From NCBI GenBank assembly GCA_024642005.1, contig JAHECA010000005.1, positions 8,898 through 72,897 on the forward strand: a DNA stretch of 64,000 nt, given 5' to 3'. The stretch is from Robiginitalea sp. GTDB lineage: Bacteria > Bacteroidota > Bacteroidia > Flavobacteriales > Flavobacteriaceae. Position 1 is the first letter of the stretch, and every line of letters starts with the position of its first letter. Shown one piece after another: positions 12,351 to 21,775 of the stretch. The position numbers and the translations under genes were made by a program. The notes below the pieces were generated by a model, which worked only from the letters and a program-made list of their open reading frames with translations, was not told the DNA's origin and made no database searches.

Positions 12351-12640
12351 CAGTCGGGGAAAAATATGGAAAGGTCAAAATCCAGGATGTACAGCACGAT
12401 GAGCAACAGGATGCCCAGGATAATCCAGAACCGCAGGCGCATGTTGCGGTCTCCCCGCTGCCTTAAATCGCCCATAGCCTTGTTCCAGCGGGTTTTAAGC
12501 CCGCCAGGGCCATCTGCCGTGCTCCGGAACCTATCGAACTTGTGCTCTATTTTAAAGGGGGTTCCGGCTCCCTGGTCGTTGTAATACCTGGGCTGGTACT
12601 CGTATTTTTTACTTTTGCGAAGCCTTGAAAATCGTCCCAT
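12350..12640 (-). CDS. Small conserved hypothetical protein with a C-terminal TM anchor
   Basis: ATG at 12640 (MGRFSRLRKS...). The stop overlaps the mutL start (TGATG). The C-terminus has a hydrophobic helix, FWIILGILLLIVLYIL. No function recognised. Confidence 0.55.
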   Translation of the reverse strand: MGRFSRLRKSKKYEYQPRYYNDQGAGTPFKIEHKFDRFRSTADGPGGLKTRWNKAMGDLRQRGDRNMRLRFWIILGILLLIVLYILDFDLSIFFPD

Positions 12641-12730
12641 ATCCTGTGCAACCAAAAATACTGAAAATCACAGAGTGGGCCGAGGCACTGTTCCCAAAAA
12701 TTGTTAACAGAAGCCCGGGTTGGGCCTAAT

Positions 12731-13207
12731 TCAGAGGGCCGCCATCTTCAGGGCAGCTACGGCGGCCTCGGTGCCCTTGTTCCCGTGGCGCCCCCCGCTG
12801 CGGTCGCGGGCCTGGGCCAGGGTATCGTCGGTTAACACGCAGAAAATAACGGGTACCGACTGCTGCAGGTTCAGGTCTTTGATGCCCTGGGCGGTGGCAC
12901 TGCAGACGAAGTCAAAATGGGGGGTTTCCCCACGGATTACGCTGCCGATGGCGATAACCGCATCGGGGCGTTCGCGCTCGATCATGCGCTTGCACCCGAA
13001 GGCCAGCTCAAAACTGCCGGGCACATTCCAGCGGAGGATGCGGTCTTCAGAAAGGCCGCAGTCGAGGAGGGTTGCATGGGCGCCCGCGGTGAGAGCTTCG
13101 GTGATTTCGGCATTCCACTCCGATACCACCAGGCCAATGCGCATGGCCGAAGTATCGGGCAGGCCGCTTTTGTCGTATGCGGAAAGGTCTTTTCCGGTAG
13201 TGGCCAT
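12731..13207 (-). CDS. ribH: 6,7-dimethyl-8-ribityllumazine synthase
   Basis: IGLVVSEWNAEITEAL...VPGSFELAF...GSVIRGETPHFDFV is characteristic of RibH. Confidence 0.93.
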   Translation of the reverse strand: MATTGKDLSAYDKSGLPDTSAMRIGLVVSEWNAEITEALTAGAHATLLDCGLSEDRILRWNVPGSFELAFGCKRMIERERPDAVIAIGSVIRGETPHFDFVCSATAQGIKDLNLQQSVPVIFCVLTDDTLAQARDRSGGRHGNKGTEAAVAALKMAAL

Positions 13208-13974
13208 CAGCTTCCCTTTTGGGCCAGGCCGATATAGGCGTTGATTTCGCCTGCCTGTGGAGAATCCGCGTAGTCTTCCTTGATCTGGGTGAAATACTCA
13301 AGGGCCTTATCTGACTGCCCAAGGGCAAGGGCTGCAACCCCGGCTTTCTGCAGGTAGAGGGGGGTGGTAAAGTTGTTGGAATCGTGCGAGAGGGCTTTGT
13401 TGTAATAACTCAAAGCCTCCTCGGTTTGCCCCAGTTCCATAAAGGCATCGCCAATGGCCCCCAGGCCAATGGCCCCGAGAATGGCGTCGTCTGATTTGTA
13501 GTCTTCCAGGTAAGAAATGGCATCCTGGTAGCGGTCGAGGTGGAGGTACGAAATCCCTGTGGCGTAACGCGCCAGGTTGGCCGCTTTCGTGCCCGAGAAC
13601 TCGTCGATGATATCGAGCAGGCCGTACTTGCCTTCGGCCCCGCTAAGGGCCAGGTTGTAAAGCGAATCGGCCTGGGTTTCGTCTTGCTGGGCAAGGGTGA
13701 AATACTGCATCGGATAGAAGAGCTCCCGATCGGCGCTTTCTTCCTTGGGTTGCTGAATAAAACGCTGGTAGCCCAGGTAGCCGAGCACGGCTACCGCAAT
13801 GATGCCGATCACGCCCAGAATATAGGTCTGGTTGCGGGCCACCCACTGTTCGGTGCGCGACGCACTGGTGTCAAGGGTGTTGAAAACTTCGGCAGTCGTA
13901 CTATCGTGAATGGCCTGCTGCTGCTCCTCTGCTTTGGTTTTCGGCTTGAACCCCCGTTTTTTGTATGTCGCCAT
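13207..13974 (-). CDS. Membrane-anchored TPR-repeat protein (YfgM-like architecture)
   Basis: I prefer the ATG at 13974 (MATYKKRGFKPK...). One TM helix followed by TPR-like repeats. The stop overlaps the ribH start by 1 nt. Confidence 0.75.
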   Translation of the reverse strand: MATYKKRGFKPKTKAEEQQQAIHDSTTAEVFNTLDTSASRTEQWVARNQTYILGVIGIIAVAVLGYLGYQRFIQQPKEESADRELFYPMQYFTLAQQDETQADSLYNLALSGAEGKYGLLDIIDEFSGTKAANLARYATGISYLHLDRYQDAISYLEDYKSDDAILGAIGLGAIGDAFMELGQTEEALSYYNKALSHDSNNFTTPLYLQKAGVAALALGQSDKALEYFTQIKEDYADSPQAGEINAYIGLAQKGS

Positions 13975-14081
13975 TTTTTGTATTATTGGTCGCGCAAAAA
14001 TAAAGGTTTTATCCAAAACCGAAAGGCAATTTATTCGTTATTTTTAGATAATTTGCCAAGTTGCCCGCCACCCCTTTTACC

Positions 14082-15161
14082 ATGCACCTAAGCCGCTTAT
14101 CCTTATTGAATTACAAGAATTTCGAGTCGCGCGACTTCCAGTTCGACGCCAAGATCAACTGCCTGGTGGGCGCCAACGGGGTGGGTAAGACCAATGTGCT
14201 CGACGCGGTGTACCACCTGGCGTTTGGCAAGAGCTATTTCAATCCCATTACCACACAGAATATCAGGCATGGGGCCGATTTTTTCGTGATAGAGGGCAGC
14301 TTCGACAAGGAGGGCGAAACCGAGCAGGTGGTCTGCAGTTTCCAGCGGGGCTCCAAAAAGGTGCTCAAACGCAACGGGAAAGTCTATGAACGGCTTTCGG
14401 AACATATAGGAGCGGTGCCCCTGGTAATCGTCTCCCCGGCCGACCGCGACCTGATCGTGGAAGGGAGCGAGACCCGCCGCAAATTCATGGATGGGGTTAT
14501 TTCCCAGGCCGACCGGGCCTATTTGCAAGATGTACTGGACTACCACAAGCTGCTGGCCCAGCGCAATGCCCTGCTCAAATTCTTCGCGGCCAACCACCGT
14601 TTTGACCCCTCCACCCTGGAGGTGTACGACCTGCAGATGGCCGAGCTCGGGAGCCGCATCTACAGCCGGAGAAAGTCGTTCATGGCAGAATTCCAGCCCA
14701 TCTTCGCGGCTCAGTACCGGGCCATTTCAGGGGGGGAAGAACCCGTAAGTTTGGGGTATGAGAGCCAGCTTCACCAGGCGCCACTGGAAGAGTTGCTGCG
14801 CGGGCACCTCGACCGCGACCGCCTGCTTCAATACACCACCCAGGGCATACACAAAGACGACCTCCTCATGCAAATCGAGGATCACCCCATCAAGAAATTC
14901 GGCAGCCAGGGCCAACAAAAATCCTTTCTGATCGCCCTGAAATTTGCCCAGTTCCAGTTTATGAAGGCACAGGTGGCCGGCATGCCCCTGTTGTTGCTCG
15001 ACGACATCTTCGACAAACTGGACGAGCAGCGCGTGGCTCATATCGTAAACCTGGTAAACCAGGACCTTTTCGGGCAGATCTTCATCAGCGACACCCATGC
15101 CGACCGCACCGAAGCCGTAGTTAAAAAAATCCATCAGAGTTATGAATTCATCCCGCTTTAG
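14082..15161 (+). CDS. recF: DNA replication and repair protein RecF
   Basis: I prefer the ATG at 14082 ([14 protein letters not shown]). Walker A motif [13 protein letters not shown]. Signature motif GSQGQQKSF. Walker B motif [12 protein letters not shown]. Confidence 0.93.
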   Translation: MHLSRLSLLNYKNFESRDFQFDAKINCLVGANGVGKTNVLDAVYHLAFGKSYFNPITTQNIRHGADFFVIEGSFDKEGETEQVVCSFQRGSKKVLKRNGKVYERLSEHIGAVPLVIVSPADRDLIVEGSETRRKFMDGVISQADRAYLQDVLDYHKLLAQRNALLKFFAANHRFDPSTLEVYDLQMAELGSRIYSRRKSFMAEFQPIFAAQYRAISGGEEPVSLGYESQLHQAPLEELLRGHLDRDRLLQYTTQGIHKDDLLMQIEDHPIKKFGSQGQQKSFLIALKFAQFQFMKAQVAGMPLLLLDDIFDKLDEQRVAHIVNLVNQDLFGQIFISDTHADRTEAVVKKIHQSYEFIPL

Positions 15162-15588
15162 CCCCATTTCACGGCTGCTGCCCTTGGCTACCCTGCTGGC
15201 GTTCCTGGCCTGCGGGCGCGCCCCGGGAGCGGAAGACCTGGCATACCTGCCCGGCTATTGGGAAATCGAGCAAGTCGTTTTCCCCGACGGGGAAGTAAAG
15301 GAATACCCCCAGGGCACCACCTTAGATTATTATGAACTGAACGGCCGGGAAGGCTACCTGAAAAAGCTGCAGGTCGAAGCCAATGGCCGTTTCCTGGCCA
15401 CTGACGATGCCCTGCCCATGAAAATCGAGTTTCGGCAAGACCGTTTTGTCCTGCACTTTGAAGGAGAAGCCGATTCGTGGGAGGAGGAGCTGCTGGAACT
15501 GGGCCCCAACAGGCTGGTTACCCGGCACAGCAATGGCCTGCAGTACGAGTACAGGCGCTATGAACCCCTTAAAATTATGGAGGAGTAA
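15142..15588 (+). CDS. Hypothetical lipoprotein
   Basis: Lipobox-like LAFLACG. Overlaps the recF end by 20 nt. No family recognised. Confidence 0.6.
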   Translation: MNSSRFSPISRLLPLATLLAFLACGRAPGAEDLAYLPGYWEIEQVVFPDGEVKEYPQGTTLDYYELNGREGYLKKLQVEANGRFLATDDALPMKIEFRQDRFVLHFEGEADSWEEELLELGPNRLVTRHSNGLQYEYRRYEPLKIMEE

Positions 15589-15881
15589 TGGCACGCAAGG
15601 ATGAGCAACAATCGCTGGGAGACGCCCTGAAGTCATTCCTCAAGGAGAACAAACTCCAAAAAGGGATCGATCAGGTGCATATTGCGGAGGCCTGGAACGA
15701 GGTGCTGGGTCCCGGGGTGGCCAGTTACACCCGTGCCGTGCGACTCAGGGGCCGGACCCTTACCGTGCAGCTCAATTCCTCCGTGCTGCGCGAGGAACTG
15801 AGTCTCGGGCAGACGAAGATCATCGCGCTGCTCAATGAACACCTCGGGCGCGAACTGGTGGAACAGCTGCAACTCCAATAA
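15588..15881 (+). CDS. DUF721 (DciA-like) protein
   Basis: Its size, its position after recF and the motif AWNEVLGPGVASYTRAVRLRGRTLTVQLNSSVLREEL fit DUF721. Confidence 0.75.
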   Translation: MARKDEQQSLGDALKSFLKENKLQKGIDQVHIAEAWNEVLGPGVASYTRAVRLRGRTLTVQLNSSVLREELSLGQTKIIALLNEHLGRELVEQLQLQ

Positions 15882-15908
15882 AAAATCCCCGGGCTGGTGG
15901 CCCGGGGA
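15881..15908 (-). terminator. Rho-independent terminator for ndk. It sits between convergent genes and may work in both directions.
   Basis: Stem TCCCCGGGC (15886-15894) pairs with GCCCGGGGA (15900-15908) around a 5-nt loop. The A-run at 15881-15885 reads as a U-run on the minus strand. Confidence 0.7.
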
Positions 15909-15938
15909 CTATAAATCGATACTGGTGTCAGTTCCGGG

Positions 15939-16361
15939 TCAGGAATAGATCTCCCGGCCCGAAAAATGGAACGCGCCTTCGATGGCGGCATTGGCATCGC
16001 TGTCAGAACCGTGGATGGCGTTCTCGGCAATGTCGATGGCAAAAAGCCTGCGGATAGTGCCCTCGGCCGCCTCGGCCGGGTTGGTGGCACCGATAAGGGC
16101 CCGGAAATCTTCCACGGCATTGTCTTTCTCCAGAATGGCAGAGACAATCGGCCCGCGGGTCATGAAGTCGACCAGTTCCCCGAAGAAGGGGCGGTCTTTG
16201 TGAATGGCGTAGAATTCCTTGGCATCGCGGCGGCTCAGCCGGGTGTATTTCATCGCGATGATCTTGAAGCCGGCAGCCGTGATTTTCTCCAGGATGGGCC
16301 CGATAAAGCCCTTTTCGACAGCATCCGGTTTAATCATGGTAAACGTTCTGTTTCCAGTCAT
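15939..16361 (-). CDS. ndk: Nucleoside-diphosphate kinase
   Basis: I prefer the ATG at 16361 ([15 protein letters not shown]...). The active-site region NAIHGSDS is present. Confidence 0.93.
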   Translation of the reverse strand: MTGNRTFTMIKPDAVEKGFIGPILEKITAAGFKIIAMKYTRLSRRDAKEFYAIHKDRPFFGELVDFMTRGPIVSAILEKDNAVEDFRALIGATNPAEAAEGTIRRLFAIDIAENAIHGSDSDANAAIEGAFHFSGREIYS

Positions 16362-16377
16362 TTCGTAAAATTTTCGG

Positions 16378-16408
16378 CAAAAATACACTTTCTTGCCCCA
16401 TCCTACAA
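16378..16408 (-). promoter_or_regulatory. Candidate Bacteroidota sigma-A promoter for ndk
   Basis: On the minus strand, TATTTTTG (16385-16378) matches TAnnTTTG exactly. A TTG (16408-16406) lies 20 nt upstream. The box ends 16 nt before the ATG. Confidence 0.45.
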
Positions 16409-16410
16409 CT

Positions 16411-17451
16411 TTAATACACCTGCTGCAGGCTTCCCAGCACCTGTCCCCCCTCGCCCACTATTTGAAATTCGGCCTTGAGGGCTTTCAGATCCAGGCGGAT
16501 CAGGCCAAATGCCAGCCTGGGCACAACCTCCCCCACCCGGTAAGGGTTTGGCTCTCCGTCGAAGGCCGAATAGGCATGGGTAAGGCCGCTGCTGGTGAAA
16601 TCGATCAGGGGGTACCTCATGCCCGGTACCTGCAAGCGCGAAAACTCCGAAAAATGCCGGTCGCCCGACAAGACTACAACGCCCCGTGCCCCGCTCTGCT
16701 CAATGAGCTGCAAAAGGCGGTCGCGCTGTTGCGGCATGTTGCCCCAGCCCTCAAACCCGTGGCGGTCAGAGAGCAGCTGCACACTGCTAACCAACAGGTT
16801 GAAGTCGGCCTCAGATTCCTGCAATTCCTTTGCCAGCCACCGCCACTGGGCTTCCCCCAGCATGGTCCCCTGCCCGGGCGGGTTGGGCACATACCTGAGT
16901 TTGCCGCTTGGGTCGGGGGTCAGAGGCGAGCGAAAGTAGCGGGTATCGAGCAAAAAGACCTTCACGCTGCCGCCCGGGCGCTCAAACAGCCGGGAGCCAT
17001 AGACTCCTTCCCTGCTCCGCCTGGGGTCGTCGGCAGCAACCTGGAGGAAATCCAAAAAGGCCTGCTGGCTGGCGGCCCTGGCCTGAAACTCGGCCCCACC
17101 GTCGTTTATACCGTAATCGTGGTCGTCCCAGGTACCCAGCACGGGCACGCGCTTACGCAGCAGACGGTAACCCGCAACGGTATCCTGTCTTGCATAGGCC
17201 TGCCTGAGCAGCGGTATGCTGTCGGTGTCGGCGTAAACCACATCGCCCCCCCAGATCCACACATCGGGCTGGGCGGCGACTATGGCTTCCCAGAAGGGAT
17301 TCGGCAATTCGGTGCGGTTGCACGAACCAAAGGCAACGGTGAAGAGGTCCTGGGCTGCCGGGGAGGCTTCCCGGCTGCGCTTGCAGGCGCCCAGCAGCAG
17401 CAGGGCAGCCATCCAAATGGCCTGCGATTTTACGAAATGGGAATTTTTCAT
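16411..17451 (-). CDS. PhoD-like alkaline phosphatase / metallophosphatase lipoprotein
   Basis: Signal peptide plus LLLLGAC lipobox. Motifs [29 protein letters not shown] and SGDRH. Confidence 0.85.
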   Translation of the reverse strand: MKNSHFVKSQAIWMAALLLLGACKRSREASPAAQDLFTVAFGSCNRTELPNPFWEAIVAAQPDVWIWGGDVVYADTDSIPLLRQAYARQDTVAGYRLLRKRVPVLGTWDDHDYGINDGGAEFQARAASQQAFLDFLQVAADDPRRSREGVYGSRLFERPGGSVKVFLLDTRYFRSPLTPDPSGKLRYVPNPPGQGTMLGEAQWRWLAKELQESEADFNLLVSSVQLLSDRHGFEGWGNMPQQRDRLLQLIEQSGARGVVVLSGDRHFSEFSRLQVPGMRYPLIDFTSSGLTHAYSAFDGEPNPYRVGEVVPRLAFGLIRLDLKALKAEFQIVGEGGQVLGSLQQVY

Positions 17452-17502
17452 TCCTAAATTTAGCCTTTTTTGCCCGGGCGATTAAATCGTATCTTTGCCC
17501 GC

Positions 17503-18522
17503 ATGGACTCCCAAACCGCCCAAAAACTTCGCCAGCATCTTGCACACCCCAGGCGCATCGTGCTGGTTCCCCACAGGAACCCAGACGGTGATGCCATTGG
17601 AGCCTGCCTGGGCATGGCCCGTTTCCTGGAGCATACAGGGCACCAGGCGCGGGTGCTTTCCCCCAACGACTTTCCCGATTTCCTGAAATGGCTGCCCGGC
17701 GCCGCCGGGGTCAGTTTCTATGAAAAGGCACAGGAAGAAGGCCGGGAGCTGCTGCAATGGGCCGACCTGGTTATCACCCTCGACTTCAACTCCCTGGACC
17801 GCACCGGCGAGATGGAATCGGCCCTGAAAGAGGCATCGGGGTCATTTATTTTGATCGACCACCACCCCGAACCGGGCGATTACGCAGCAATTTGCTATTC
17901 AGATACGGCCGTGAGCTCTACCTGCGAGCTGGTTTTCAATACCATTGAAGCCCTTGACGGTCTCGGCAAACTGGACGCGGCAACCGCCAGCTGCCTGTAT
18001 ACGGGCATTATGACCGACACCGGCAGCTTTAAGTTTGCCTCCACCAGCCCCCGAACCCTGCGCGTGGCCGCCCGGCTCATGGAGCTCGGGGCCGACCATG
18101 CCGAGATACACCGGCAGGTATACGACACCAACCGGCCTCAGCGCCTGCAGCTGTTGGGCCGCGCCCTGGGCAACCTGCGCATTATGCCGGCCCTGCGCAC
18201 GGCGTACATCACCCTTTCTCAGGACGAGCTGGACGCCTGCGATTTCCAGAAAGGCGATACGGAAGGCTTTGTGAACTACGGCCTGTCGCTCGACGGGGTG
18301 GTACTGGCGGCCATCTTTATCGAGAACCGTGCCGAAGGGATCGTGAAAATCTCCCTGCGGTCGCAGGGCACATTTGATGTAAATGCCATGGCCCGCACCC
18401 ATTTCGCAGGAGGGGGGCACCGCAATGCCGCAGGGGGCCGCAGTACAGAGAGCCTGGAGGATACCGCCAGACGCTTTGAGGGCGTGCTTCCGGCGTACCA
18501 AAACCAACTGCTTACCGCATGA
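17503..18522 (+). CDS. DHH/DHHA1-family phosphoesterase (NrnA-like oligoribonuclease/pAp phosphatase)
   Basis: I prefer the ATG at 17503. Motifs HRNPDGDAIGA, DHH (LIDHHP) and GGGHRNAAGG (DHHA1). Confidence 0.85.
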   Translation: MDSQTAQKLRQHLAHPRRIVLVPHRNPDGDAIGACLGMARFLEHTGHQARVLSPNDFPDFLKWLPGAAGVSFYEKAQEEGRELLQWADLVITLDFNSLDRTGEMESALKEASGSFILIDHHPEPGDYAAICYSDTAVSSTCELVFNTIEALDGLGKLDAATASCLYTGIMTDTGSFKFASTSPRTLRVAARLMELGADHAEIHRQVYDTNRPQRLQLLGRALGNLRIMPALRTAYITLSQDELDACDFQKGDTEGFVNYGLSLDGVVLAAIFIENRAEGIVKISLRSQGTFDVNAMARTHFAGGGHRNAAGGRSTESLEDTARRFEGVLPAYQNQLLTA

Positions 18523-19079
18523 ACAGGGTATTGACCATCCTGGGTATTTTGGCCCTGGCCATAAGCTGTGGGGAACCCGAGGCCCGCTGGCCGGTGGAAG
18601 CCAAAAGCGGCTCCTTCCTGAAGCTCTCGGCAGAGCGCAACCGTCGGCTGCTCGAGCAGGAAGAGGCCCTGATGGCCCAGCTGATGGCCCGCGACAGTGC
18701 CCATACCTACCAGGAAAGTGCCAGCGGCACCCATTTTTACTACGAGGTGAAATCAGAGACACCGGGTTACAAACCGCAGCCCGACGACCTGGTTACCCTG
18801 CGGTACAACCTCACCACCTGGAACGACGAGCCCCTTTACCGGGAGGAAGAAATCGGGACCCTGCGCTACAAGGTCGACAAGCAGGAATTGTTCCCCGGCT
18901 TGCGCAACAGCGTAAAACTGTTGCAGGAAGGTGAAACCGCCGTATTTTTGTTTCCCTCATCCCTGGGGTACGGCTATCACGGCGACAACGACCGCATTGG
19001 CCCGAACCTGCCGTTGAAGAGCCGTATCACCCTTTTGAAAATTGAAAAAAACACAGAATCCTTACCCTCCAATCCTTGA
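18519..19079 (+). CDS. gldI: FKBP-type peptidyl-prolyl isomerase lipoprotein, GldI-like
   Basis: Lipobox LALAISCG. About 186 aa with a C-terminal FKBP fold ([32 protein letters not shown]). The ATG overlaps the upstream stop (ATGA). The GldI assignment is by resemblance only. Confidence 0.6.
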   Translation: MNRVLTILGILALAISCGEPEARWPVEAKSGSFLKLSAERNRRLLEQEEALMAQLMARDSAHTYQESASGTHFYYEVKSETPGYKPQPDDLVTLRYNLTTWNDEPLYREEEIGTLRYKVDKQELFPGLRNSVKLLQEGETAVFLFPSSLGYGYHGDNDRIGPNLPLKSRITLLKIEKNTESLPSNP

Positions 19080-19084
19080 CAAAA

Positions 19085-20209
19085 ATGAAAAATACCATTG
19101 CATTACTACTTTTGGCAATCGGATCGCTAACCGGATGCAAGTCGAACCACCTGGGCGACCTGGGCGATGGGCTGTATGCCTCCATGAAAACCAGTAAGGG
19201 CGACATCGTGTTGCGGCTCGAATACGATAAAACCCCGGTAACGGTGGCCAACTTCGTAACCCTGGCCGAAGGGACCAACCCCTTCGTAAGCGAAAACTAC
19301 AAAGGCAAGCACTACTACGACGGGATTACCTTTCACCGGGTGATCAAAGATTTTATGATACAGGGGGGCGACCCCACCGCCACAGGTTCAGGCACACCCG
19401 GGTACCGGTTTGCCGATGAGTTTGTGGATTCGCTGAAACACACCGGAAAAGGCATCTTGTCGATGGCCAACGGGGGGCCCAAAACCAACGGGAGCCAGTT
19501 CTTCATAACCCACGACGCAACTCCCTGGCTCGACGGGCGGCATACCGTGTTCGGCGAGGTGGTAAGCGGTTTGAATGTGGTAGACTCCATCGCCGGGGTT
19601 CCGGTTTCCGAAAACGGAAACAAGCCCCTGGAAGACGTGGTGATGGAAAAAGTGGAGATCATCCGCAAAGGAAAGGCCGCAAAAGACTTTGATGCGGTAC
19701 AGGTATTGACCGACTATTTCGACAGGGAAGCAGCTGCAGAAGCGGCCTGGCAGGAAAAACTCCGCCAATTCGTGTCGGAAACAGCCGAGCAGAAAAAAGC
19801 GGCGATAACCCTGCCCACCGGCCTGGCGTACCAGGTGTTGCAAGACGGGACAGGTGCAAAGCCCAATATCGGCGACATGGTTTGGGTAGAATATGCGGGC
19901 TGGATCGATGACGGCACCCTGATTGATACAAGCCTCGAAGAAGTGGCGAAAACATTTGGAAAATACGAGGAGTTGTTGCAGATGCACGGCGGGCGGTTTG
20001 GCCCGGCGGCCATGGCTTACAGCCCCGACTCCCAGTTGATCGCCGGGTTCCGGGAAGCCCTGCTGGGCATGAAGGTGGGCGATAAGTGGCGTGTTTTCAT
20101 TCCATCGCACCTGGGCTACGGCGAGCAGGGACGGGGTCCCATCCCTCCCAATGCCTCCCTGGTCTTCGACCTGGAAATCACCGGCATCCAGCTGGAAGCC
20201 CAAAATTAA
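19085..20209 (+). CDS. Dual-domain peptidyl-prolyl isomerase lipoprotein: N-terminal cyclophilin plus C-terminal FKBP
   Basis: ATG at 19085 gives [18 protein letters not shown]. Cyclophilin motifs [15 protein letters not shown] and [21 protein letters not shown] motifs [16 protein letters not shown] and [19 protein letters not shown]...[10 protein letters not shown]. Confidence 0.88.
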   Translation: MKNTIALLLLAIGSLTGCKSNHLGDLGDGLYASMKTSKGDIVLRLEYDKTPVTVANFVTLAEGTNPFVSENYKGKHYYDGITFHRVIKDFMIQGGDPTATGSGTPGYRFADEFVDSLKHTGKGILSMANGGPKTNGSQFFITHDATPWLDGRHTVFGEVVSGLNVVDSIAGVPVSENGNKPLEDVVMEKVEIIRKGKAAKDFDAVQVLTDYFDREAAAEAAWQEKLRQFVSETAEQKKAAITLPTGLAYQVLQDGTGAKPNIGDMVWVEYAGWIDDGTLIDTSLEEVAKTFGKYEELLQMHGGRFGPAAMAYSPDSQLIAGFREALLGMKVGDKWRVFIPSHLGYGEQGRGPIPPNASLVFDLEITGIQLEAQN

Positions 20210-20216
20210 TGCGGAT

Positions 20217-20246
20217 CCGGCGGCCTTGTGCCGCCGGTTCTATTTT
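20217..20246 (+). terminator. Rho-independent terminator after the PPIase gene
   Basis: Stem CCGGCGGC (20217-20224) pairs with GCCGCCGG (20230-20237) around a 5-nt loop, followed by TTCTATTTT. It overlaps the 3' end of the convergent pepD. Confidence 0.65.
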
Positions 20247-21703
20247 AGGGGAGGGGTGTTCGCCAGAATGTCCCTGAGGAATTCCCAGAATTTTTGTGTG
20301 GATGCGATCGAGGCCCGCTCGTCAGGGGAGTGGGCACCCAATATGGTAGGTCCGAAGCTGATCATATCCATATCTGGGTAATGGGCACCTAGTATGCCGC
20401 ATTCCAGCCCCCCATGGCTGGCCATTACCCGCGGTTCTGCACCGAACAGGGCCCGGTACCTGGCCTGCAAAAGGCCCAGGGCTGCCGAGGAGGGGTTCGG
20501 CTGCCAGCCCGGGTACTCGCCGCTGGTTGCGGTCTGATATCCAGCCAGGGACAGGGTAGCTTCGAGGGTACGCACCAGGTCGGCCTTGCGGCTGTCGCTT
20601 GAAGAGCGGGTGAGGCAGCCGATCTGCACGAGGCCTTCCCCTACCCGGAACAGGGCCAGGTTATTCGAGGTTTCGGTTTGGCCGGGAAAGGCATGGCTCA
20701 TATAGGAAACCCCGCTGGGCAGGGCGCACAGGGTGCGCAATAAAGTGAGTTGCCCGGCCTCGGGCATGGCTGCCGCAGGACATTCGGCCCCTTCCAGGGA
20801 TATTTGCAGGTTGGGCTCCACCGCCCTGAACTCGTTGCCTATCGCCTGCCGTTCCCTCTCAAATACCTCCTGAAAGGCATTGCGTGTTGCCGGGTCAAGG
20901 GCGAGCAGGCCTGAAGCTTCCCTGGGGATGGCGTTGCGCAGGTTGCCCCCTGAAGCCGATCCTACCCGAAATCGGGCCGCTCCCGAACAGGCGTAAAGCA
21001 AGCGGGCCAGGAGCTTATTGGCGTTGGCCAGGCCCTTGTGGATGTCCATGCCACTGTGCCCGCCCTGCAACCCGCTCACCCTAACGCGCAGGCCTTCCCA
21101 TCCGGCCGGTATGGCCTCGGGCCGGTAACTGCCGGTGCCGGTTACGTCTACCCCCCCGGCGCAGCCGACGTCAATTTCGTCGTCTTCCTCAGTGTCGAGG
21201 TTCAGCAACAGGCGGCCGCGAAGCCACTGCGGCGAGAGGGCCTTGGCCCCGCTCATCCCCGTTTCTTCGTCTACGGTAAAAAGGGCTTCCAGGGGCGGGT
21301 GCGCCAGGTCGGTTGCCTCCAGGACGGCCATGATTGCAGCTACCCCCAGGCCATTGTCGGCCCCCAGGGTGGTACCCCGGGCACGCACCCAATCGCCGTC
21401 CACAAACATCTTGATGCCCTCGGTCTCAAAATCGAAGTCGGTGGCCTCGTTTTTCTGGTGAACCATGTCGAGATGCCCTTGCAATACAACAGCCATGCGG
21501 TTTTCGTACCCACGACTGGCCGGTTTACGGATCAACACGTTGCCGATAGCATCGCGTTGGGTCTCCAGCCCCAGCTGTTGGCCGAAAGCCACCATAAATT
21601 CGGTTATTCTTTCTTCTTTCTTCGACGGACGGGGCACGGCGTTGAGGGCTGCAAAGTGCTTCCAGATGGACACAGGTTGCAGGCGGGCGACGGTTTCAGA
21701 CAT
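20240..21703 (-). CDS. pepD: Aminoacyl-histidine (Xaa-His) dipeptidase, M20C family
   Basis: Motifs GHLDMVHQKN, GADNGLGVAA, DEETGMSGA and a C-terminal HSPDERASI. Length about 487 aa. Confidence 0.9.
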   Translation of the reverse strand: MSETVARLQPVSIWKHFAALNAVPRPSKKEERITEFMVAFGQQLGLETQRDAIGNVLIRKPASRGYENRMAVVLQGHLDMVHQKNEATDFDFETEGIKMFVDGDWVRARGTTLGADNGLGVAAIMAVLEATDLAHPPLEALFTVDEETGMSGAKALSPQWLRGRLLLNLDTEEDDEIDVGCAGGVDVTGTGSYRPEAIPAGWEGLRVRVSGLQGGHSGMDIHKGLANANKLLARLLYACSGAARFRVGSASGGNLRNAIPREASGLLALDPATRNAFQEVFERERQAIGNEFRAVEPNLQISLEGAECPAAAMPEAGQLTLLRTLCALPSGVSYMSHAFPGQTETSNNLALFRVGEGLVQIGCLTRSSSDSRKADLVRTLEATLSLAGYQTATSGEYPGWQPNPSSAALGLLQARYRALFGAEPRVMASHGGLECGILGAHYPDMDMISFGPTILGAHSPDERASIASTQKFWEFLRDILANTPPLK

Positions 21704-21775
21704 GCGTTCAGCTTTTAAAGGCTAAAATACGGATTGGCCGGCAACCCTCCTGCCAAAATGGTTACTTTTGGGGTA

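Noticed and set aside
14009-14017. DnaA-box-like TTATCCAAA in the TPR/recF divergent intergenic region
   Set aside because: It is a single copy with one mismatch to TTATCCACA. There is no cluster of boxes, no AT-rich unwinding element and no dnaA/dnaN nearby. That is not enough to propose an origin.
16393-17457. 354-aa plus-strand ORF covering the same interval as the PhoD-like gene
   Set aside because: The minus-strand translation has metallophosphatase motifs ([19 protein letters not shown]) and a lipoprotein signal. The plus-strand product has none.
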